The translations under genes were made by a program, and so were the position numbers. A stretch of DNA of 64,000 bases. It comes from Candidatus Latescibacterota bacterium (GTDB taxonomy: Bacteria > Latescibacterota > UBA2968 > GCA-2709665). Under the pieces are notes generated by a model. That model was not told the DNA's origin, did no database searches, and worked only from the letters and a program-made list of their open reading frames with translations. Shown here one piece after another: positions 18,202 to 27,636 of this stretch (position 1 is its first letter; each line of letters begins with the position of its first letter). Where the stretch lies: positions 4,576,001 to 4,640,000 of the forward strand of contig OZ244937.1 of the NCBI GenBank assembly GCA_965222075.1. The letters run 5' to 3'.

Positions 18202-20190
18202 ATGGACCGTCGCTATTCTGGCTCCACACCTCTGCTTGACCTGCATATCAACGAACTGATCAACGATTCGGATCAGATGCTGGTTATCTACGACCAGATG
18301 GCGCAGGAGATTATTGAGTTGGGACGCCCAGAGGGGTATTTTGAGAGCTGGGACACCGAGGCGCTGAGGTGGCCGCAAAGCCGGACCGAGGCCGGACCGA
18401 TTGACCTGGAGGGTCTGCAGGCGCGGGTGGGGTTGGTGGATGCCTTTTACCAGGGTGTTCCCAGGCTTCGGGACGAGCGGTTGGCCGAGGCTTACGAGCA
18501 GTTCAGCCGTCTGGCAGCCGCCTACCAGAAAGGGAACCGGATCTACCGGCAGGTCAAGGCGCAGTTCACCGCGCGGGGCGCCGGGACAGAGCAAGATTTT
18601 CTCCAGCTTTATCAGACCCTCTACATCGAGGCGCTGGCAAAGGGGGACCTCTTTGCCCCGGATGTGGGGGAGGCGGCCCTGGCGCAGGCGAGGGTCTCCC
18701 GGGTACCTCTTTCACACGCACAGGTCGTGGCCGAGGCCCTCTCGACGGTTGTCTTAGACGACGATCTCAGGTGGGAGGTTCTCTATTCCTGTACGGTGGA
18801 CGGGGTCACGGTCGAGGCCTCTCTGCGCGATCTGCTTCGGGATGTGGCCCAGCGGACTTTAGACCACATTGCGGCCGGCGAACTTTTAGCGACCCGTTAC
18901 AATACGTACAACAACCTGGGCTGGTTCGGTAGTTCGGTCTGGAAGGTCGTTGTGGGTGCCGAGTTGTTGTTGCATCGGCTCGCCGCCCGGCCCAATGGAG
19001 ATGCGGGGGAACAGGAGGCCGTCCGGTCGGATATCCGGCTTGCGCAGGGCATGCTGATCGCGTTTTTCCAGGCCCACCGCGAAGACCCTGCCCGGTTGAA
19101 GCCAGAGAAGTACTGGTACGGACAGGATTACAGCTATTTGACCCGGGATATGATCGACCTGGGGGTTCGGCTGGTGGGCCGCGTCAACCGGCTGGTTCGG
19201 GATGCGAACCGCTTTGGTGGGGAGGGTGGATTGGAGGCGCTTGCGCTGCCCCCCCTCTTAGCCGGGGAGGCCCGCGGGCGGTTTGTGGAATATCCCCAAG
19301 TTGGCAGACGGGCAACACTCTCTCCCGGGCAGCGGGCGTTCAGGCTCGGACGCTGGGCGCTGGCCTCCTGGAAGACAGGCCGGCGCAGGGTGCGGTTGGC
19401 CAGATCGGTGCTGGAAGAGGATCGTCGGTTGGAGCGGGCGTGGCAGGAGTGGCTGAGGTGGGCCGAGGCCACGCTTCGAATTTTTGACATTCAGGTCAAG
19501 ATCTGTATCGATCCCCAGTTTTTCCGGATTGCCAGAGAGCTGGATCTGGACAGTGGAAAGCGGAAGGTCCTTTTTTTGCCGGCCCACCAGAGTCTGCTGG
19601 ACCATCCGATTATGTATCACGTGCTGGGCTCCTCCGAACTGATGGCTGCGATGGGCTGGGAAAAGCCGAGGCCCTGCGTGCTTCTGGGTCGCACCGGGCT
19701 GTCCAGGGCGGGCGTGAGGATCGGCCCCTGGGACTTTACGATGTTTGGCGTCTCTTCGGAGACCTTCGACTGGATGCTGGAAGAGGTGGATGGTTATGTG
19801 ACGCGCGAACGCGTCGGTGGGACAGGCTCTACGGCCATGAGGGTTGTGGCGGCGCTGGGAAAACGCCCGGGCATCATCTATCCTATGGGGACAACGCCCG
19901 CTTTCGGCATCCAACTCTTTCCACTCCAGCATGGTATGTTCGCCCAGCTGCCCCATGATGTGGTCATTGTGCCCATCGTTTTTCGAGGCGCCCACTCCCT
20001 CTGGCCCAAGTGTCCCAAGGGGAATCTGAACATCAATCCGGGCGTGGTCGAGGCCGTGGTTGCTCCCCCGATGCTGGGTGAGACCACGCTGCTGCCGAAG
20101 CGGCGGCGGCTGCGGATTCAGCTGGAGGCCGCAAATCTCTTTCAGGCGGTTCACATTTCTACGCTGTTGAATCCCGAGCCTTCGGGGTAA
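18202..20190 (+). CDS. Glycerolipid acyltransferase (PlsC/LPLAT domain at C-terminus) with unknown N-terminal domain; candidate DHAP acyltransferase
   Basis: LFLPAHQSLLD (HX4D), IIYPMGT (block III-like), IVPIVFRG (block IV); lies between FAR and AGPS. Confidence 0.75.
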   Translation: MDRRYSGSTPLLDLHINELINDSDQMLVIYDQMAQEIIELGRPEGYFESWDTEALRWPQSRTEAGPIDLEGLQARVGLVDAFYQGVPRLRDERLAEAYEQFSRLAAAYQKGNRIYRQVKAQFTARGAGTEQDFLQLYQTLYIEALAKGDLFAPDVGEAALAQARVSRVPLSHAQVVAEALSTVVLDDDLRWEVLYSCTVDGVTVEASLRDLLRDVAQRTLDHIAAGELLATRYNTYNNLGWFGSSVWKVVVGAELLLHRLAARPNGDAGEQEAVRSDIRLAQGMLIAFFQAHREDPARLKPEKYWYGQDYSYLTRDMIDLGVRLVGRVNRLVRDANRFGGEGGLEALALPPLLAGEARGRFVEYPQVGRRATLSPGQRAFRLGRWALASWKTGRRRVRLARSVLEEDRRLERAWQEWLRWAEATLRIFDIQVKICIDPQFFRIARELDLDSGKRKVLFLPAHQSLLDHPIMYHVLGSSELMAAMGWEKPRPCVLLGRTGLSRAGVRIGPWDFTMFGVSSETFDWMLEEVDGYVTRERVGGTGSTAMRVVAALGKRPGIIYPMGTTPAFGIQLFPLQHGMFAQLPHDVVIVPIVFRGAHSLWPKCPKGNLNINPGVVEAVVAPPMLGETTLLPKRRRLRIQLEAANLFQAVHISTLLNPEPSG

Positions 20191-20296
20191 AACAGGGGCC
20201 AGGGGTCGGGTATCAGGAGTCAGTAAAGGCAAACACCGATGAACGGACGGAGGTCCATCCGGAGGGGATGATGGTTGATATCAGGGGAAATTTATC

Positions 20297-22156
20297 ATGG
20301 TAGAAGCAATAGCTTTGGCGATTGTTGTGGTAGCAGTTTTTGCAATATACCTGGTGAAGCGGCGGCGTTCCTATCGGGACTTAGACGCTTTTTACGACCT
20401 TTCTGAAGGAGAGCGATTTGCCCACAAATGGGGGTATACGGATACCCGGTTTGAGTTTGAGGACCCCAGGACCGTTAAGGTCACCGGGAGCAGATATCCA
20501 ATATCGGGTTACCGGATGCCGTATCTGGTTTCCTTCTTAGAGGATACGCTCGATATCTCTGTCCATCCGGACGATATGAATGTGGAGGTGGAAGACCAGG
20601 AGGTGCCCGAACCGAATACCAACGGTGGGTTTCTGGCTTCTGTTCAGGCCAAATTCAAAGCGGACCAATATTCACTCGATGCAAAGGAGCGCCTGATTCA
20701 CAGCCACGGACAGTTGAGCGTGGACGAAATTTATCGGGTGCTGTATTCGTCATCGCTGAAACGGATAGTCGATCTGGTCTTTTATCCTGAGGGAGAAGAT
20801 GATGTCAGGGCGGTTATCGAACTGGCGAACGAGCACAATGTGTGCTTAGTGCCCTATGGAGGCGGGACGAACGTAAGCGGCGCGCTGGCCTGTCCGGTTG
20901 GAGAACAGCGGATGATTGTGTCGGTGGATTTGAGGCGCATGAACCGAATTCTGTGGGTTGATAAGGAGAATTATCTGGCCTGCGCTGAAGCGGGCATCCT
21001 GGGCAAGCAGCTGGAGGTGGGGCTTGAGGCAAAGGGGTACACGTCGGGGCACGATCCGGACAGTGTTGAGCTTTCGACTCTGGGGGGATGGATTGCGACC
21101 AACGCCAGCGGGATGAAAAAGAACAGATACGGCAATATCGAAGAGATCGTGCTTGAGGCCACGCTGGTTACTCCTACGGGGGAGATTGAAACGAAGCATG
21201 TAACGCCGAGGAATTCAACCGGCATCCAGCCCAGGTCTTTTCTGTTCGGCAGCGAGGGCAATTTTGGCATTATTACCAAGGCGGTGATCAAGATCCATCT
21301 CCTGCCGGAGGCGCGCAAATACGGGTCGCTTGTGTTCCCCTCTTTTGAGAAGGGCGTCGGCTTCTTAAAGGCATTGCGTCAGACGGGCGGGTTGCCCGCA
21401 AGTATCCGTCTGGGGAGCAATAAGGAGCTTCGATTCGCGCAGGCTTTAAAACAGGAACCGACATTTTTGAAGAGGACTAAAGAGAAGGTGCAGGCATTCT
21501 TTATGCAGAAGATCCTGAGCTTCGATCCGATGCAGATGGTCGTCTGCACCATTGTGATGGAGGGTTCAAAGGAGGAGGTGCGCCAGCAGGATAAGACGAT
21601 CTTCAGTCTGGCTAAAAAGCACGGCGGCATGAGCGCCGGCGCGAGCATCGGAAAACGGGGGTATGCGCTGACGTTCGGGATTGCTTATATTCGGGACTTC
21701 GTCAACGAGCTTCAGATCCTCGGGGAGACGTTTGAGACGTCGGTGCCGTGGGATAAGATCCACCAGGTGTGCCAGGCCGTGCAGGAAGAATTAGATGAAC
21801 AGGCGGTAAGGTATCACATACCGGGCAAGCCTTATCTCCAGTACCGTGTTCCGCAGACTTACCACACAGGGGTTTGCATTTATTTTACGATGGGTTTTTG
21901 TGGGAAAGGGCTGGAAAGACCGGATGAGGTTTTTCACAATATCGAGCGGCGCCTGCGGCAGGTTATTCTCGACAACGGCGGCTCTTTGTCCCACCACCAC
22001 GGCGTAGGCAAGATCCGGCAAGGCTTCCTGCCCCAGGTTCAGACTGAAAACACCATCCATGTTTTGCGTCAGACTAAAAAGGCGATGGATCCCAACAACA
22101 TCTTTGGAATCAGAAACGGCGTTTTTAATGCGTTCCCTGATGATTTATTAATGTAA
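20297..22156 (+). CDS. Alkyl-dihydroxyacetonephosphate synthase (AGPS/ADAS), FAD-linked
   Basis: WGYTD, PYGGGTNV, MNRILWVD, GHDPDSVELSTLGGW, ASGMKKNRYGNIE, GSEGNFGIIT, IAYIRD, FETSVPWD, CIYF, GGSLSHHHGVGK, all AGPS-type motifs; N-terminal TM helix. Confidence 0.93.
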   Translation: MVEAIALAIVVVAVFAIYLVKRRRSYRDLDAFYDLSEGERFAHKWGYTDTRFEFEDPRTVKVTGSRYPISGYRMPYLVSFLEDTLDISVHPDDMNVEVEDQEVPEPNTNGGFLASVQAKFKADQYSLDAKERLIHSHGQLSVDEIYRVLYSSSLKRIVDLVFYPEGEDDVRAVIELANEHNVCLVPYGGGTNVSGALACPVGEQRMIVSVDLRRMNRILWVDKENYLACAEAGILGKQLEVGLEAKGYTSGHDPDSVELSTLGGWIATNASGMKKNRYGNIEEIVLEATLVTPTGEIETKHVTPRNSTGIQPRSFLFGSEGNFGIITKAVIKIHLLPEARKYGSLVFPSFEKGVGFLKALRQTGGLPASIRLGSNKELRFAQALKQEPTFLKRTKEKVQAFFMQKILSFDPMQMVVCTIVMEGSKEEVRQQDKTIFSLAKKHGGMSAGASIGKRGYALTFGIAYIRDFVNELQILGETFETSVPWDKIHQVCQAVQEELDEQAVRYHIPGKPYLQYRVPQTYHTGVCIYFTMGFCGKGLERPDEVFHNIERRLRQVILDNGGSLSHHHGVGKIRQGFLPQVQTENTIHVLRQTKKAMDPNNIFGIRNGVFNAFPDDLLM

Positions 22157-22168
22157 GTAGGCCATAAA

Positions 22169-22975
22169 ATGCCTCAAGAAAAGACAGTGATCATAACAGG
22201 GGCTTCTTCGGGGCTTGGTGCATCGCTGGCCCTGGAATTCGCCAAGGCCGGAGCGAATCTTGGGCTGTTTGCGCTGGACGAGGAAGGGCTGATGGAAACC
22301 GCAGGTAAGTGTCGGGAGCGCGAGGCCCGCGTTCTTACGGCTGCCGGAGATGTGGGAAGGCCAGAAGACTGTGAACAGCTGGTTGAAGATACGGTTTCCC
22401 AATTTGGGGGGGTGGACTACCTGATTGCCTGCGCCGGTGTGAGTATGTGGGCGAAATTCGAAGAGATTGAGGACGTATCCATATTCCGCAAGCTTATGGA
22501 GACAAATTACCTTGGCATTGTCAACTGCGTATATTACGCCCTTCCGCATTTGAAGGTGCGCAGCGGGATGATTGTGGCCATCTCCTCGATCCAGGGCAAG
22601 ATAGGCGTTCCGTTCCATACAGGTTATGTCGCCTCTAAGCACGCTGTGCAGGGTTTTTTCGAGTCTCTGCGAGCCGAGCTCAGCGGGAGCGGCGTGAATG
22701 TCCTGACCGTATTGCCCCACTGGTTGAGGGGGACCAATTTGCGGAAGAGCGCTTTTGGGAAAGATGGGAGCTCTATGGGAGCGTCGGAGAAAGAACACAG
22801 CAAGGAGTCCATCTCTCTTGAGGAATGCTGTCAGGCCATCCTCAAAGCAATCGAAAAGAGGAAAAGGGAGTTGGTCATTCCTTCAAAGCTCAAGGTCCTT
22901 CCGTGGTTAAATCTGATCAATCCCAAGATTGTAGCGTTTTTCGTTAAGGGGGCGATGGAACAGCAGGACAGGTAG
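22169..22975 (+). CDS. SDR oxidoreductase, DHRS7B/PexRAP-like; candidate acyl/alkyl-DHAP reductase
   Basis: ITGASSGLG, METNYLG, IVAISSIQGK, YVASKHA..FFESLRAEL. Confidence 0.8.
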   Translation: MPQEKTVIITGASSGLGASLALEFAKAGANLGLFALDEEGLMETAGKCREREARVLTAAGDVGRPEDCEQLVEDTVSQFGGVDYLIACAGVSMWAKFEEIEDVSIFRKLMETNYLGIVNCVYYALPHLKVRSGMIVAISSIQGKIGVPFHTGYVASKHAVQGFFESLRAELSGSGVNVLTVLPHWLRGTNLRKSAFGKDGSSMGASEKEHSKESISLEECCQAILKAIEKRKRELVIPSKLKVLPWLNLINPKIVAFFVKGAMEQQDR

Positions 22976-23003
22976 AGCGTCGCCGCATGCATAGGGTCCC
23001 CCC

Positions 23004-25063
<2,060 letters not shown>

Positions 25064-25264
25064 AAAAGCAGGAATTGGGGTTCAGGGAAAAGCAACCACG
25101 GATGAACACAGAAAACCCCTGGTTCTCCTGGGTTTGCTATGTCTTTGCACACCGTTTTACCACACTTGTGATCTCAAGGGCAGCAGGCGTCGGGGGCCTG
25201 CACCGAGGGTACCCGGGGCACAGCGTTTGGGACTTCCACAGGGCCAGATTTCAAAAATTTTCGG

Positions 25265-26197
25265 TTACCGTCTCTTCGCACCGATGCTTTCCAGGGTTTG
25301 TTTGGACATTTTGCAGACCATCGTGTACGCGGGGTCGTAGATGTTGCCGATGTCGTATTCGACGGCCTGACCCATCAGAATGTGAATGGTTCGAGCGTCC
25401 AGGCCATAGTCGTCCCGCAGGAAGCGGATCATCTCGGTGGTGGCGTGTTGTGTGGCCTGGTCCAGGGGGCGGGCGTTGCCGACGGCCATGATGTGGGTTT
25501 CATTTATGGCTCGAGGCCAGTGGATATTTTTGCCTTTGATGAGGCGCAGGGTGAAGGTCACGTCGAAGGAGATTTCGATGCCGGTCCCGACGATTTCGCC
25601 GTCGCCCTGAACGGCATGGCCGTCGCCGAGCTGGAAGAGGCCGCCCTCTACGAAGACCGAAAAATAGACGGTAACACCCTGGACGAATTCCTTATAATCC
25701 ATGTTGCCGCCATGGGTATCGGAGGTGGCGGTGGAGATGGCCTGGCCTCGAGGCGGCGCCACGCCGAAGCAGCCGACCATGGGGCGAAGCGGGATTTTGA
25801 GGTTGCCTATGGGAAGATCGTCGAAGCCGATGGGCGTGGCGGTGTTGTTTTCAAAGTCGATTTCCCATTCCAGGCGGTTGCGGTTGTCGTTGAATTCGGG
25901 GGTGTAGCCGAAGTCCAGCACGTTGGGAGCGATTACACCGGATGTGAAGCCGGTCTTGCGGTTGGGTGCCAAGCTGTCAAAGGTCACGGCCAGGGTGTCA
26001 CCCGGTTCGGCACCTTCAAGATAAAAAGGGCCGGTCTGGGGATTGCCGCCTTCGGTGACCGGTTCATTGGTGGCGTCTTTCCCACCGGCATCCACGGTCG
26101 TAGTGGTAATCGTGTCGCCGCTGGCAACATGCAGTACGGGTTCGTGGGCACCGATGGCGGTGTGGTAGGTCTTGGGCGTGAATTGATGGTGGGCCAT
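25265..26197 (-). CDS. Acetamidase/formamidase family protein
   Basis: NPQTGPFYLEGAEPGD, HGGNMD, GDGHAVQGDGEI. ATG at 26197 with AAGGAG RBS. Confidence 0.92.
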   Translation of the reverse strand: MAHHQFTPKTYHTAIGAHEPVLHVASGDTITTTTVDAGGKDATNEPVTEGGNPQTGPFYLEGAEPGDTLAVTFDSLAPNRKTGFTSGVIAPNVLDFGYTPEFNDNRNRLEWEIDFENNTATPIGFDDLPIGNLKIPLRPMVGCFGVAPPRGQAISTATSDTHGGNMDYKEFVQGVTVYFSVFVEGGLFQLGDGHAVQGDGEIVGTGIEISFDVTFTLRLIKGKNIHWPRAINETHIMAVGNARPLDQATQHATTEMIRFLRDDYGLDARTIHILMGQAVEYDIGNIYDPAYTMVCKMSKQTLESIGAKRR

Positions 26198-26300
26198 AGG
26201 GGCTCCTTTTGTAAGGAAAAAGGAAAAAAGGTGACAGATGTGAGGGGGCAAAGGTAAAAATTGTCCAGGTTGTTTTTTCTGCCTTTTGCCCTTTGCCCTT

Positions 26301-27224
26301 TCACTTCTTGCAGGAGATCATGGTGATTGCTTCGGGAGCCTCCCAGGCGGTTTCCCAGGTCTGGCCGCGGTTGTCGCTGCAGTAGAGGGTTTTGTCCGAG
26401 ACGGCCCAGGCGCGGCCGTTGGAGGAAAAGGCGATGTGGAAGGTGTCGATGTTGCCCCGGGTGGTTTCGGGGAAGCCACCGGTGACGTGGGACCAGGTCA
26501 GGCCGGCGTCCTGGGTGCGGAAGAGGCGGCCCTCCGCGTTGCCTCCGGGGCCGTCGCTGACGGTTGCCAGGAGGCAGTCCCGGTCCTGGGGGTGGACGGC
26601 GATTGCACGGCCGTAGAGGACGGAGAAGCCGTTGGCGCGGTGCCCCCAGGTCTGCCCGCGGTCACCGCTGATGTACACGGCGCGGGCGGTGTTGGCGTAG
26701 ACACGCTCGTCCGTTTGGGGGGAGGTGGCCACCTGGTGGACGTCTTTGTTCAGGTGGGGTGTGACCGGCTCCCAGGACGCGCCCCGGTCTGGAGAACGCA
26801 TGATGCTGCCTACGTGGATGTCGGCATAGACCCAGCCGTCTGCGGTGTCGGCGAAGCTGCGCAGCGCGGCCGGACCGCCCCAGGGGGTGTACCACTCGTC
26901 TCGGCATTCGAGCTGATCGAAGGCTTCGACGCGCTCGACGGTGTCGCCCGAGAGCCGGTAGAGGTGAGGGCCCTCGGTGCCGATGAGGAGGAGGTCGCCG
27001 CTCAGGATGAGAAGGGATTCGATGGGGTCGGCAATGCCGGTGGAGACGGTGCGCGACCCGTCTTCGGTGAGGAGGACGATGTCTCCTCCACGGAGGGCGA
27101 CAGCGCTGCAAGACGGGCCTTCCGCCACACGTTCCACGCGCTCTCCCCTGCACTTTGGAAGCGGCGCGTCCTGGACGCCGCCGCCGTTTAAGGTATAGAC
27201 CTTCGTCTTTGTGGCGATTAGCAT
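26301..27224 (-). CDS. BNR/Asp-box beta-propeller protein (WD40/YVTN-like)
   Basis: Repeated SxDxGxxW motifs (SPDRGASW, SGDRGQTW, TQDAGLTW, SDNRGQTW). Confidence 0.85.
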   Translation of the reverse strand: MLIATKTKVYTLNGGGVQDAPLPKCRGERVERVAEGPSCSAVALRGGDIVLLTEDGSRTVSTGIADPIESLLILSGDLLLIGTEGPHLYRLSGDTVERVEAFDQLECRDEWYTPWGGPAALRSFADTADGWVYADIHVGSIMRSPDRGASWEPVTPHLNKDVHQVATSPQTDERVYANTARAVYISGDRGQTWGHRANGFSVLYGRAIAVHPQDRDCLLATVSDGPGGNAEGRLFRTQDAGLTWSHVTGGFPETTRGNIDTFHIAFSSNGRAWAVSDKTLYCSDNRGQTWETAWEAPEAITMISCKK

Positions 27225-27384
27225 GGCGGTTCTCCTTCATGTATGCTGACCACACGGCCTGAGGTTCAGATCGGTTTATCTGTAATTTAATGGATCGAGA
27301 CCTTTCTGTAAATACAAAAGATGCCTGCTGCACACCGCGCCCGGTCGGTTTCGCCGGGATGTTTTTTTGCCCTCAGATAAGTGC

Positions 27385-27413
27385 TTGACAGCGGGATCGG
27401 AGCAGCCTATCCT
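27385..27413 (+). promoter_or_regulatory. Putative sigma70 promoter upstream of the beta-CASP nuclease
   Basis: TTGACA, 17 nt, TATCCT. Confidence 0.55.
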
Positions 27414-27423
27414 ATATCGTGGC

Positions 27424-27559
27424 CAGATGAGGGACGACGAACGATGGACAGCAGACGCGTTTCAGGTTCCAGGTTGGCACTTTTGATCTCCATTTTCCTG
27501 GCTTTTTCAACCTGGAACTGAATTTTCTCTGTGGTCTGTGGTCCGTCGTCCCTCATCTG
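27424..27559 (+). other. Long imperfect RNA hairpin (about 50-bp stem) in the putative 5' leader
   Basis: cagatgagggacgacg pairs with cgtcgtccctcatctg; ttcaggttccaggttg pairs with caacctggaactgaa; intervening arms pair with G-U. Confidence 0.75.
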
Positions 27560-27636
27560 CGCTTCGAGAAACCGAAAAGGTATTTCTATACGGTCCTTGA
27601 ATCGCTGGAACAGGCGACGGCCGGTAGAGGGAGAAG

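Noticed and set aside
16521-20190. Alternative reading of FAR plus acyltransferase as a wax-ester pathway
   Set aside because: The acyltransferase has the PlsC-type HX4D, not the WS/DGAT HHxxxDG motif, and the adjacent AGPS explains the need for fatty alcohol; not fully excluded without assay.
20222-20270. AAAGGCAAAC resembling a c-di-GMP-I riboswitch between the acyltransferase and AGPS
   Set aside because: Lacks the GAAA tetraloop stem, GACGCAAAG and the P2 elements.
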